A program made the translations under genes and the position numbers. The notes beneath the pieces are model-generated. The model ran no database searches and had not been told where the DNA came from. It saw nothing but the letters and a program-made list of their open reading frames with translations. From Massalongia carnosa (Eukaryota), in contig OZ287067.1 of assembly GCA_965645245.1 (NCBI GenBank), positions 3,286,001 through 3,350,000 of the forward strand: a stretch of DNA of 64,000 bases, in the 5' to 3' direction. Position 1 is the first letter of the stretch. Each line of letters begins with the position of its first letter. This document shows positions 11,186-24,578 of the stretch, piece by piece.

Positions 11186-12134
11186 TCAGACCAGCGTAGG
11201 TTTTTTCTTAATACCCAGCGCTGCGGCGAAATCCTTCTTTTTCTTCACCGTGCGCTGGAAAGTCGGTGGTGGCGGCGGAGGTGGCGGCGGCGGCATCATC
11301 AGGGCCGACCTGTTTCCCACCGTTTCGGCCCCTAACCCTACCGCCCCTCCATCCTCCCCAATATCTCCGTCATCGCCGATTCTCCGAACCCGCTCACCGC
11401 CCTCGGTCATAAACGCCTTCTTCGCCCTTTCCTCGTCTTCGCGCTCCATCCGCTCCCGTTCCCACTCCAGCGCATCCTTTTCCACAACCTCGACTTCCTT
11501 ACCCCTTGCGCGCTCGTTCCTCGCATTCCGCGTCCGAATCTCATCCAAGGCGTCTGCAATCTCCATTTCGCGCTTGGCATCCAGCACCTTCGCTTCCAGA
11601 TTCTCCATCGCGCCCCTTTCCTCCTCCTCCCGCTCCAGCCGCTCCAGCCGCTCCTCCTCCGTCTCATCGTCCCCATTGCCCTTCGGCTGCTGCCGCCATA
11701 CCTCAAAATTGCGCTTCGCCCCCTTCTCGCACGCGTAATCCATGTTCTTCGGGTCAGTCTTGAACGTGATCTCGCCCGCGCACCGCGTGCAACGGATGTA
11801 GAACCGGTAGATGGTGATGCTGAAATATTTCTCCTCAGTGGTTTCCTTGCGCGCGTTGAACTTGCGGCCTTTATAGATGAACTCGCCGCATGAGATGCAT
11901 TTCATGCTGAAGGGCGCCATTAGTCGCACGGTTTGCACTTTTGGGCCAGTAGCTTTAGGGCCTCGCGTGCGGGCTATGGCGGAGGGGTCGAAGTCGGGAG
12001 GATACTAAACCGTTGTGAATATTAGGGTTAGAAAGCATGTGGTTGGGTCCAGTGGAGGGGCAGGGAATTGGGTACTGAAATGGCGGAGCGGAAGGATGGC
12101 CTACATATTTGGTGAGGACTTTACGTTCGGACAT
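11186..12134 (-). CDS. yju2: Pre-mRNA splicing factor Yju2/Cwf16 (CCDC94 family)
   Basis: MSERKVLTK-intron-YYPPDFDP...VRLMAPFSMKCISCGEFIYKGRKFNARKE...YRFYIRCTRCAGEITFKTDPKNMDY. Confidence 0.96.
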
Positions 12135-12719
12135 TTTGTATTAGGATTGGAGAGTAAGTGAGACGTGAGAAGGGCGTCAGATTTGTTGGCTTTGCCTAAG
12201 CTTGAGGTTGCCTAGAATGGAGAGTGAGGATTGAAAACTGTAGGGAGGACTGGAGATATGAGAAAGGTTCAAATATATCCTGGTACTGTTATGTAACGTT
12301 ACTGCAAGCGTCATACCGATTCTCTAAGTTGTGTTTCATATACAACAAGATTACTCTTCTAATAGCTCAATACGAAGTAACGCTTTTAATCTTACTAACT
12401 AACCGAAAGTGCAAGCGGAGATTGATGATGAAGGTAGAATGACTGGTTATTAGTTGTAGCAAATGAAATTCAAACATCATCAAATGACTGAATAGACGTT
12501 ACAATAATGGATGAAGAGTCTGATGATTTTGGTGTGGTATAAAGTTTGGTGTAAATTTTATTTTGTCACCCGTGCATCTCATGGTGAGCGTCTCTGCCAA
12601 TACTAATTATTTTTCCTGTTTAGAGTATGTCCTATCGTCAGCTGCCTATACTAGAACTTCCTAATAATGGTTTCGATTACTCTGTACTCCGTACATAGTA
12701 AGGATGACTCATTTAAAAA

Positions 12720-15510
12720 GGGTCGGGATACGGGCACACCCTATTAGCTACCTTAACACCCTACTTTGCTACCTTCACACCCTACTTGGATAAATTCACA
12801 CCCCCGAAAAAGTAACCGCAAAAGGAAAAGTTTCCGCCCCCCTTTCCCGAGTAGGGTAAGCGGTGCGAAATTCTGTCGCCTGAGATGGGGAAGGAAGAAA
12901 TTCCATGTTTTCGAACCTCAGGAATCGGAGTCGATTGGCACCATGTTGGCCATTCGCACCTTGATTTCAAGCTACTAAACTTAAAGCAGACTAGCTACCT
13001 CATTTCCTGCCTGATCTATCGCTGCTTCATTCAACCCTCATTTTTGCCGTCTCCATCTCTGACATCTCCCTCACCTCCCTGATTCTCTCGCGCATTCCGA
13101 GCACTTCTTCGAATCCCTCGCGCACCTCGAGTCTCCTGCGCATCCTGCGTCCCCCGCGTCCCCCCGCGTCCCCCGCGTCCCCCGCGCATCTCCACCACCT
13201 CGATCAGCTCGATCAGCTCGAGCTCTTCTGCCTCGCGCCCTTGTCGGGGCTGGATCCGCCCGACGAATGACCCGTTCCACATCCGCTGACACCTCTTCAT
13301 CTTCTGCCGTCTCCATAATAACTCGCTCGAATTGAGAAGGTTGTCGACCCGTAGAGGCATTGAAAGCTTGAGTTCTTCTGTTTTCCGCTCCCGAAGGTCG
13401 TCCACGAGGTCGAATAATGTCTGGTTCTTCCACTATCAGCAGATTGAAATCATTGGCGGGAGCGTTTCTTTCAAATCTCCAATGTGGATGAACGTCTTCC
13501 AGCAATAAACTTCCTTCGCCATACAATCTTTCCTGAATTCTATGACTGCAAGGCAGTCCGGTGCTGGTTGTAAAAGAATTCGTACATGCTGGCAGAGCCG
13601 TCGGTCTCCCGGTCAGTAAATCGTACTGAGAATTAATTCTTCTGATTGCCTTAGTACTGATGAATGGAGATATTTGCTGAAAAATTGATTTCCGAAGATC
13701 TAGCGGATGTCGCGTTTTGTCCTCATTCAATTTGATCCAATAGTTATGATACTCGTTCAGCAATAAAAGACTGATTCCGTCCACCACCGTTTTCAGATCT
13801 CCGGTCGACGTTCCTAATTGACGTTTGATCACTGCATGCCCTCCCTCACCTCGAGAAGTAGTGGTGGTGTCAAAATGCAGTACTCGATTGGTAAAGCATC
13901 TTACGAAATGCTGAACATGAGTAATGTAGGTGGTAGCCAGATATTCCACTACCTCATACTCCTTGTATTTGATCGAAAACTGACCCCAGAGCTCCCATAG
14001 TATGACTCCCGATGAGGCGTAAGTTATCGCTTTCCATTCCGCAAAGAAGGTGTCCCATTCTTCCTTGCTGAATTGTCTTTTGCAATTGGCGACGACATTC
14101 TTATTGATATGCCAAATGCAAAGCAGATGATTGATACGAGGAAATTGCGCACGAAGAGCAAGCATCAGACTTCTTTCCATGTCGGTGACAATGACGGTCG
14201 GATCTGGAAGCTCCATTTGCAAATATAGAGCTTTGACTTGCCTCAAAACCCAGGTGTAGTCAAATTTTGTCTCACTGGCCATGAAGCAAAAAGCCACATA
14301 GAAATTGCTATGCAATGCGGTTTGACCGCTGATGATCAGAAGAGGCATTTTGTAGCGATTGGTTTTATAAGTGCAATCCATGATCAGAACCTCATAGTTG
14401 GACTTTAAAAAAGTTCGGGAACTTCCTTTTACAAAGAATAAATGAGTTATCTGATTGCGATCCTCCTCATTCTTTTGCATTTGATACAACCAATCGTCGC
14501 TCTGATCAAGCTCTCGAATCAATGCCTGTATGGGAGTCAACGGTCCCAAAGCCTCGCGACGAAGTTGAGCCTTGAGATTGTAGATGTCTCGAGGTTTGAT
14601 CATGGGATTGACGACTCGAGGATTGGCCGGATCGTCCCAATTGATTCCGGTGGTAAGATCAGGTATGCGCAGACTCGAAATCACTTTCGATGGAGCAGTC
14701 TGAACAGTTAGCTGACGCGATATCTCATCTTTTACCTCGGCGGTGATAGCCATCTTTCGATGCACTGGATGAGCCCCTGCCAAACTCGAGGCATGATTAT
14801 GTTCCGATTTGACCACTTCCAAAAACCAGATATCAGACTCTTTTTCCCGAATCGCAATCATTTAAAAGGGACAAGCAATGGCTCTGCTGGCAGTATGACG
14901 ACGACTTTGTCCGCGAGGTTCTCTCACTCTGCCTCCTCGATCGCAAATCAACCAAGCTTTGCGCGTATTTCCATCCTTATTCTTCTTCGTACGAGCGAGA
15001 ACAATTGCATAACCGCGCGGGCCAGCATGCTCATTGACTCGTTGAATCAAGTCTTCCAAAGACTCAAAGGATTGTCCTTCTTCCGGAGCAGCAAGAGGTG
15101 CTGAAGCTGACGAAGGGGGAGAAGCTGGCGGAGGGGGAGAAGCTGGCGGAGGGGGAGAAGCTGGCGGAGGGAAGGCAGATGCGACTCTTTCGAGGATGAT
15201 GAGATTGGGAGCGGAAGAATTGGATTCGGTATCAAAACCATTGAACGTGTCATCGGAAGATGACATTCTGCAGGAGTAAGAAGAAGGTTGCGGCGAAATT
15301 CCAAGATGCGACGAAATTTTGCGAAAGATGCAGCGAAATTTCAGGTGCGGCAAAATTTCGCGCCGCTTACCCTAATTGGGAAAGGGAAGGGGGCGGAAAC
15401 TTTCCCTTTTGCGGTTACTTTTTCGGGGGTGTGAATGTATCCAAGTAGGGTGTGAAGGTAGCAAAGTAGGGTGTTAAGGTAGCTAATAGGGTGTGCCCGT
15501 ATCCGCACCC
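12720..15510 (-). mobile_element. Mutator-like (MULE) DNA transposon, full length, ~150-bp TIRs
   Basis: TIR gggtcgggatacgggcacaccctattagctaccttaacaccc... (from 12720) is mirrored at ...gggtgttaaggtagctaatagggtgtgcccgtatccgcaccc (to 15510). Flanked by direct repeat tttaaaaa (12712-12719, 15511-15518). Confidence 0.95.
13071..15266 (-). pseudogene. MULE transposase (FAR1/WRKY-like zinc DNA-binding domain, MULE DDE domain, SWIM finger) interrupted by one in-frame TAA
   Basis: ORFs 14862-15353 and 13071-14861 are one frame split by TAA at 14862-14864 (WLICDRGG...IACPF*MIAIRE...SEHNH). Motifs LIMDCTYKTNRYKMPL, VTDMERSL, LCIWHINKN, TTSRGEGGHAVIK, CTNSFTTSTGLPCSH. Confidence 0.9.
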
Positions 15511-16550
15511 TTTAAAAAAGGTCGATTGCATCTTCCCGATAATGCAAAGATGTTTGTATCCATGTCAACCTCACTTCTGCTTTGTGCATAAACCAATACA
15601 GGATGCTCTGTACTTGGCTTCAGATGTAGTCTAGGGCAGTTTTCTATACCCCATGAGCAAACATAAGTCTTGTCTTTCGTGAATTTGTTAACCCAAAAAG
15701 ATGCAAGAGGCCCTTAAGAAATGATTTAGCTCGATGAAAGATCGCAGCAGCTCGAGAGTAAATCCCCGTTTGTTCAACTCTCCTCCCTTCTAAACATAGT
15801 AGAGTAGTCGACGAGGTATTTGACGATTCATCTTCGATCTCTTACCAGATGAATGACAACGGTTAACCTCCTGTGGATAAATTATTATCCCAGCGAAACA
15901 AAGTAACTAGTCGTTGGCTTATGACAAGCTACAAGATGGCAAGCCAAAGCTGGTTGAAGCCTTGAAACTATCACTTGAAGTGACTCTCCCATGCCGCCCG
16001 AGGCGACTACTAAAAAAATCTTCGATCGTTATCTCAGAAAACTAGCCAGAAATACTTAAGAAATAGTGGTAGTCATGTAATGAACTGGATAATCCAAACT
16101 AGTACGTAGATTTATTTTATATAGTAGAGGTAGCCGAAGCAATTTGGGGTATCGATATAAAGTACGGAGTACCTCGCTATCTCGACCTGTTGCATGCTGG
16201 ATTGCATGGGCACTTATAATCGTTTGGACTTCTCGCTCGGACCAATTTTCATTTTTCTGCGTAGTATTCATACTAGCTATACACGACGAAGATGTGGAAC
16301 TAAGAATGACGAGAAAAGTTATTCAGAGTTCTGAGCTTTGAATATGACTATAATTACAGGGTAGTCTTGGCAACGAATCACAAGTGAAGTTGGTTGGGTA
16401 GGAGATGGGGTAAGGTTGGGTTAATTACCTAAATGGAGAGGTGTATGAGATAGTCATGGCACAGCCTGCGTGGGGTTGTTTGCTCGAGTAACGGTATACA
16501 AAGTGACTGATGTAACCTCCGCGCTTGTGCGCGAGGAAATAAGGAAAGGA

Positions 16551-18198
16551 TTATAGGAGGCCTTGCTTTTGCAGACTACGGGGGGAGCAAAAGTCAGTGA
16601 TATCTCGAAAAAACAGGGAGAAAGAACGTACTCATAATACACCTTCTCGGGCATGACGTTTCCCTCCGCATCCTCCATCTGCACTACATTCTCCCCTCCC
16701 ACCTTCTCCCTCTTTCGATCCCGCTGAATCTTATCCCATAGCTTTAACGCATCCTCGATACCTGTAATCTCGCGAAACAGCGCCGTGTGTGCAATGCCCA
16801 GGCACTTGAGCCCATAAATGTGGCGAGCCTCGTTGAAATGCTTGTCGAAGGCGCGCCGGCCCATATAGACGAAGTTGCCGCAGATCTCACACGGGAATTC
16901 AACGCCTAGTCCGTGTAGTTTGTATAACCAGTAGGGGATGGGTTTGCCATCCCAAGCAAGGGGAAGTTTCAAGGGGTTATAGATTTTCTCGTCGTCTGAA
17001 TGGGAGTCGTCGTCGTCATTGTTGCCGTTGCCGTGGAGGTGATGGGTGGAGGGAGTTGGGTCCGTGGATTCGGCGAAGAAAGCGTCGAGCTCCATTTGGC
17101 GCTCGCGGTCCGTCATACCTTGCTTTCGCTCCACATTGACGCGCGTGTCGGTGCGTTGCGTCTCCATGGCCGCGGTGAGTTTGTGGATGCGGTACTCACG
17201 CTCAGCGATCGCGCGTTCTTTAAGTCTTTGCACCGTCGAGCCTCGGATATTGGGCTGGTGGCTGTTGGAGGTATCGCCGTTGGTGTCGCCATGGGATTTC
17301 CGCATTTCGGCAGCTTTAAGGTGTTTTTTACCGCTCAAGTGCGCCTTATAGACGTTGTCATTTTTGAATTCCTTCTCACAATCGGGGCACCAGATGCCTT
17401 CACCGGTACCTTCTGTTGTTGGAGCGGCTGGGCCTGCGGATATAGCTTCGGGACCCCAGCCGGGTACTTCGTTTACTTCCCAGGCCTTTTCAAACTCTTG
17501 ATCGAAGGTTGCGAACACCCTTTCCAAATCTTCCAGAGGCCGTGTGCGTCGAAGAAAAATTTCTAGATAATCTGCTAGCCGACCGACGTAGTTAAAGTAT
17601 TGATCTGTTGTTTTATCTGCTCGTTTGATGGGGCATTGAGGAGGGGTGAACGTGTCGAATAAGGTCAAATATTGCAGATACGATAATCTCTTCACACCAG
17701 GCAGATTTAGATAATCTTCATGCAAAGTCGTCAAATCTAGGAACCGGCCGAAAGCCTCTTCCCCAGTGAACATGTTGTCCACCTCTATCGTCGCTGATTC
17801 GCCCTCGCCCGGTACTTTCCGCTTATAGGCCCTTTCCAAGTTCTCTACTGGCTCATTAGGGTATCTGCGGTGGAAATCCTTGATTGCATTCAGCTGCTTA
17901 TAAAATTCATCGAATGGGTCACCGGTCGATATCGACTGGATTTCTCGCATCCGTAAGCCCTCGGTGTCATGGTAAATATCTAAAAGCCGTTTAGATTGTT
18001 CTTGAATACGGTTAAGGAAGCCGGAGATTTGATGATCACGATTTAATCGATCCCGGATCTGCAGCTGGGTTAGTTTGAGGGTTCAATGATTCTGTAGAGC
18101 GCATATACATGTCTTGGATCTTCTGCAACTCGATCGCTAATGCCCTGTTCTAGTCTTTCAAGATCTTCATGAAGAAATCTTTGCTCTTCAAGCAACAT
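16551..18198 (-). CDS. prp9: U2 snRNP splicing factor SF3a subunit 3 (Prp9/Sap61)
   Basis: MLLEEQRFLHEDLERLEQG..., FTGEEAFGRFLDL, zinc finger WCPDCEKEF...HLSGKKH, IYNPLKLPLAWDGKPIPYWLYKLHGLGVEFPCEICGN, EDAEGNVMPEKVYY-intron-LQKQGLL*. Confidence 0.96.
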
Positions 18199-18485
18199 CT
18201 TCTAAAGTTGGTGATTACAGAATTTGATTGGATATGGTGGGGAGGGGGTCTGAGGAATAGAAGATTTGTGTGGGTTTGGAAGACCTTTTAGTTAAGTTTT
18301 GTCAAAATAATCGCCTCGGCCTTAAAAAGCTTTGACCAATCCAACTCCGCTCCCAATTTAGCCGCGTCCATCCACTCGCGAACTTTTATCAAGCTAACTA
18401 ACTTTCGATATCTTACATACATCTTTCTTCATCAACCCACCCATCTTTCGACGAGTTCAAAGCTGCATCGCAGCCTATAAGCATC

Positions 18486-19842
18486 ATGGCGGAAGGCATC
18501 GACAGAAAAGCCGAGGGTCTGTACTGAACCAGATAACAAAATGTTCATAGACTAATAATGAGGCAGAGAAGATGGAGTTCGCTACGTCCAAGGAGGTCAC
18601 CGTTGCTCCGACTTTCGAAGCCATGCACCTGAAGGAGAACTTGCTACGTGGTATCTACGCATACGGCTACGAATCACCTTCTGCCGTGCAGTCACGGGCC
18701 ATAGTTCAGATTTGCAAGGGCCGTGATACAATCGCTCAGGCGCAATCTGGTACCGGTAAAACAGCTACATTTTCTATAAGTATGCTTCAAGTCATCGATA
18801 CAGCGGTCAGAGAGACTCAGGCTCTTGTGCTTTCCCCTACCCGTGAATTGGCGACGCAGATCCAGTCCGTCGTTATGGCGCTCGGAGATTACATGAATGT
18901 CCAATGTCATGCTTGCATTGGGGGTACCAACGTTGGAGAGGACATTCGCAAGTTAGATTATGGCCAGCATATCGTGTCTGGTACTCCTGGTCGTGTTGCT
19001 GATATGATTCGACGCCGTAATCTCCGAACCCGCCATATTAAGATCTTAGTTCTGGACGAAGCTGATGAGCTTCTCAATCGTGGATTCCGAGAGCAAATCT
19101 ATGATGTCTATCGTTATCTCCCACCTGCGACTCAGGTTGTGGTAGTTTCTGCCACTTTGCCATATGATGTGCTCGATATGACGACCAAATTTATGACTGA
19201 TCCGGTCCGCATCCTAGTCAAACGTGACGAGCTGACCTTGGAAGGCCTTAAACAATACTTCATTGCCGTAGAGAAAGAGGAGTGGAAATTCGACACCCTT
19301 TGTGATCTTTACGATACGCTTACAATCACTCAAGCGGTCATTTTCTGCAACACCCGTAGAAAGGTTGATTGGCTGACTGATAAAATGCGAGAGGCTAATT
19401 TTACTGTTTCGTCAATGCATGGCGAGATGCCTCAGAAAGAACGGGATAGCATTATGCAAGACTTCCGTCAGGGTAACTCACGTGTGCTTATTTCTACCGA
19501 TGTATGGGCTCGTGGTATCGATGTCCAGCAGGTATCCCTCGTTATCAATTACGATCTGCCTAGCAATCGTGAGAACTATATTCATAGGATTGGTCGAAGC
19601 GGAAGATTTGGACGAAAAGGTGTTGCAATTAATTTTGTGACGAGCGAAGACGTTCGTATTTTGCGTGACATCGAATGTATGCCGTTTGCACAAAGCCCTC
19701 TTCATCTAAGAATGCTGACGAGGTTATAGTGTATTATTCAACTCAGATTGATGAGATGCCAATGAACGGTACTTTCCAAAGCTCAGGGTGATCTGCGGAG
19801 CTTAAAGCTAACAGTTGAACAGTGGCGGACCTGCTCTCCTAA
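18486..19842 (+). CDS. fal1: DEAD-box RNA helicase Fal1 / eIF4A-III
   Basis: [10 protein letters not shown] then intron. [60 protein letters not shown]. Terminal small exons give [18 protein letters not shown]. Confidence 0.97.
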
Positions 19843-22088
19843 GATTGAACCAAACAACTACGGGAAATCTAAGCCTTGTTTTCACTATTTAGTATACAAT
19901 GCTAGAGGGCCAGGCATTATTGATGGTTGTAATGCTTGAGTCGAAGCGCCAAGCGATTTGGGATGGAGGAAAGGGGTATGCCATGTCAATGTATGTTCTC
20001 CACCATACCGCAAGCATATCGGTACTGAACATAAATATTCAGCAGTCTAAAGGGGTCTGATTCAAAAACCGTGTATGATCGCATAAATGCAAGGTCCTCA
20101 GTTAGATACGAACTTCCACCTCGTGTTATTGTATTGAGTCGTTTAGCGAGCAAAAGTCGAAGAGATCCAACCCATCCAGCTTGACTTTATTTAGCAACAT
20201 ATGGGACTGTCAAGCTGTTGTTCGTTGGTTACCTAACCACTCATTCACTTGTATTGGTTCCATCATACGCGGCTCTAGCTTGGAATATTTTCATCGGTTT
20301 CGAGTTTATGCGTTCATGAATCTTTTGAATGGTTTCTTGACCGCTTGATACGCAAGATCTATTACCTCAGACTTCTGTTTATGATAGCATAAATCTCCAC
20401 TAGAAAGTTAGTTGTCCTTTAGGCGTCTAGCGTCATCCATTGCTGGCTTAACTCATATTTTATTCTACGTTGAAGGCCTTACGTGATCGGATTTTTTTTC
20501 GCAGCTTCATGTTTTTACAAGAATAACCAACTCTTTTCTTTCTCAGTCGCGACCTCTCATTCATCTGGTTAATTACTGGTTACGCTGTAGTTATACAGGG
20601 AGGGGTTTCCGGTTCCGAGCCTGATATAAAATTACCAAGATCGGTTATCAACTGTCGCCCGCTATCCATTCCTGCCAAAACCTATATTTCGCTTAGTTCA
20701 AATCATTAGCACTCAGTTTTGTTGATTCCTTTATTACGAACTTTCTCTTGAGACGCTCTGGTTCTTTTAACATCATCTCGCAGAGTTCGGCAAGCAACGT
20801 TCAGCCAGCTACTACGGGGGCTGCCACATAATTTTTCCTTCCTATCTATTCACCACTCCCTTCAAGCCTCCAGTTTTACCGGCTATATCTACCTATCGTC
20901 CCCTACATTTCTTCTAACTATTTTCATGCTGGTGAAATTCTATTAACCGGCCCCCACCCCTTTTATCATTCGATCCATCTGCCGTAGGCGGCCAAAAGGA
21001 GAAAGAGCACACAAGTTCGAATCAGACTAGGCATTTTTGACGGATGGATGGATGGATGGAGCGCTGGGCTATGGATACCGATTGCCCCACAAATGTCCAC
21101 TCCGCAACCCTAGCCGCAGCTTCCTCTCCTTTTATATTTTTTTTATCGTATCTTATCATGCCACACCCTTGCGGCTAAATTCGGCTAGTTAGTTGGGCAG
21201 TTAGACCTTTTCCCCTCTCCAGGTTTCCGGGCGGCGGAATAGGGAGAAGTTGGAAGTTGATCCCTTATCTACCTACCCCAATCTGACCCTGTAGTAGCAA
21301 CAGGCGAACGAAAAACTGTCTTTCTCTTCCTTTGAATTGGTTCCTATCCGTGCTACCAAAACTTTCACGATAAATAACATAAACTCCACAGAAGGAAAGG
21401 ATGTGAACCAGAATCCCCCCCCGTCTCCTAAACAAAGGAGCCAGAACCCACTATCACGACAACGACAATGACTATTATAGATGCCCTATCTCAAATACAA
21501 AGGTTATCCTATCCCCATTCTCTGACAACCCCTCCCCCCCCCTTCACGCCCCTTTCCGTCTCTTACTTTTACCTCTATCAGCATGCACAGAGAGCTCAGC
21601 GAACCCCCAACCACATCCGAAAATAGAAAAAAATATCGTACATATCATACATATATCGCTGCTGATATAGGTCAGGTGGGTAGGTAGATACAGGATGAAT
21701 GGATGGAAAGATGTAGGAAGGGGACTCCTTCAAAATATTATTCTATCCTATCCTATCACTATCCCTATATTACAGCTATCCCCTGCCCTCTTCACCCATA
21801 AAAGCGAAAACCCCATCATTTGCATCATTCCCATCTCATGCCATGCAGTCGTCATTTCTTCAGAGGTGGGTCAGGGGGTGGTAAAAGCACCTCCACTGCA
21901 AAGGTCCTAAATCCCGAGTCCAGGCCGGCCCGGAGTTGAAGAAAAAAAAGAGACCCCAGCTGGTGCTCGCAATCCATTCACTTTTGGTCCCAATTTCATC
22001 ACCGAACCCAACTATCCATCCAACCGTAAACGCCCCCATATCCATGAAAGTCTTAAGGAATCATTGATCTGACGGAGTCTACTTGGTA

Positions 22089-24039
22089 TCACTCGTCCCC
22101 ATCGCTCATCACCATCATACTATCCTCTACCATCCCCTCACTCGCTCTCCCGTTCCCAAGCCCACCCTCCTCACTAATTATCTCCCTCGCTCGCCTCATT
22201 CTCCGCCCATCGCCCCGCATCACCACCTCCTCCTTATTGCGGCGAAGAATAATTTCAAGCTCGTCTTCTTCTTGCTCACCGTCCTCTTCATCCACACTCC
22301 ACCCTTGCCTTGCCGCATTCTCCTCGAGCGCGCGGCTAAGTAGATCCGTTGCAACGGGATCCTGCGGACCCACCGCTAGCGCCTCGTGTAGAGCGCACAC
22401 CGCTTGCCAACACTGGCCCATCTCCAGCAGTACAAGACCCTTGGCGCAAAAGATGCCCGCGTCGCGTCCTCCCTGCCGAAGCACCTCGTCGAACTCAGCA
22501 AGCGCGGGCACCCAGGCGCGCTGGCGACGGTAGGCGTGGCCGAGGTTAGCCCGCGTGGCGATCCAGGCACGGGGGTCGGAATCAATTTCAGCAGCGATGG
22601 CGAGGGCACGATTGAAGATCTGGACGGCGTCTGGGAGGTGGTCGAGGTGGTAAAAGACGACGCCGAGCTCGTTGAGAAGCAGCGGGTCTGTCTGGCAGAG
22701 CGCGTGCGCGGCATTAAGGTACTCGTTCGCGAGGTTCATATTGTTGAGCTGCAGATTCTGCATGCCGAGGAAGAGGTGTGGGAGATGAGTACCTTGGAAG
22801 AGGCGCGCGGCGGTGCTGTAGGCCGAAATTGCTTGGTCGTGCTCGCCTTCTGCGGCGAAGGTGTGGGCGAAGCCGATCCAAGCGGGGCCGAAGTGCGGGT
22901 CCATCATCGAGGCTTTAGAGAAGAAGCGGCGCGCCTCAGCGATTTGGGAGATGCTGAGGTAGTAAACGCCCACGGCAAGCCAGGTGCAGGGTTCCTCGGG
23001 GTGAAGGTCGGCGAGACGGTGCGAGAGAAGAAAGAGAGTGTTGGTCTGATTGAGTTCATGGAGGCAAGCAAGATGGAGTGGATAGATGGAAAAATTATAC
23101 TCGTCCGTGTCAAGGATCGAGGTTGTGATGGCGAGCGCTTGTTTGAAGCGGCACTGGGTGAACAAAAGCTCGGCTTTAGAAAGAAGAAGATCGGGGTTTG
23201 AGGCGAGGTTGTAGTGGGTTGAAAGGGTTTCGGCAGCGTTGTTGAAGTCAATGGGGTTTTTGTACTTGGAGAGTCGGGTCGTATAGAGCATCTTAGCGAA
23301 CTGGGCGGCTTCTTGAGAAACATCGTTGTCATCAGTAGTAATGGAGTCAAAATCGAGGGATTCCAGAAATGACCACTCTTCATCCGGTGACATAAGGGAG
23401 TTTTTCATAAGCTGGTCAAACGCCTCAAAACATTGTACGTCTATCCGCACCGCGTCTTTGTAACACTCTTTTGCTCGATCAAACGCATTCTGCTTGGCGT
23501 AGCAGATGCCCCGCAAGTAGCACATGGCCGCCTCATATTTGATATCCAATACATTCTCCCTATCTCTTTCCTCGCTCTTCTCTATTCGATCAGGCCTTCC
23601 CCCTCCCTTTCCGACCTTCAAACCTCCATTTCGGAGGTTGCCCGACGTATGCTGTAATTTTCGCCGAGCTTTGCTCGATGTCACGATGAGATGGCTTGGA
23701 TTTTTATCGCCTAGGATGTTTAAGGCCTCTTCATACCTAGACTGCTTAATTTGGCAATGAGCACTCAAATATCGACAAGCCGCGTTGTGATCGGTCAAAT
23801 TGTGCTTCGCCAAGAAGCTCTGAGCGCGGGTGTAATTTCCAGTCGCGAAGTGAATCTGGGCAAGGAAAAAGGCATCGTTAGCATTATCTTGTAAGATTGA
23901 TCAGCTTGAAATCTTAACAATGGAACAGAGAAGCTGGCCTACTTGTTAAGGCAAGCAGCTTGTCACCAATGTAGATGGCGGATTCATATTGATGCTTCTG
24001 CAATGCATCCTGCGTCCAGCCCTTGAGGAGTTTCTCCAT
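22089..24039 (-). CDS. cdc16: Anaphase-promoting complex TPR subunit Cdc16/Cut9 (APC6)
   Basis: MEKLLKGWTQDALQKHQYESAIYIGDKLLALT then intron. TPR motifs TWLAVGVYY, ARRFFSKASMMDPHFGPAWIGFAHTFAAEGEHDQAISAYSTAARLFQGTHLP, DPLLLNELGVVFY. Confidence 0.96.
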
Positions 24040-24578
24040 ATCAATTTGCTTATGCTTAACTGGTTTCCAAGAAGAACAATAACAAGTTTTATCTTGATAT
24101 GAGTTGTTCGTATGTTATTCTACAGTTTTCTTACGTACTTGCGCAATTACGAAACCTAATATTTTTGGATTGTATTCGGTATAATACAGAGTACACACAT
24201 GACTGACTTAGTTATAGCAGCTACAGCAATCTATTCGTACAATTTTATCTGTATGAATTCTCCCTTATTTGTCTGAACACGCACTATCTGACTGGTTCGT
24301 GGATCAACATAGATAATAAGGCATTTCGGATTTATGACATTTAATGTGTTCGGTTTTATCCCAACGATCGATCCATTTAAGTAATGAATATTGCAGAATG
24401 AAAAGGCAAACTATTGAGTTAACAAGAATCTAGAGGTTGTGATTTAATGTCGCCAGGAACGATAGATCATCTATTGCTTAGACTATATCAACTTTTAGTA
24501 CATCTATGCATCCTTTCCACTCGATACCATCTGTTTAGATTAACGTGTTGTATTCCATCACCTCCTACTAGACCGCTC

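Noticed and set aside
22237..23201. Long plus-strand ORFs overlapping cdc16 (similar ones overlap yju2, prp9, the MFS gene and the ligase)
   Set aside because: Antisense shadows of GC-rich coding sequence.
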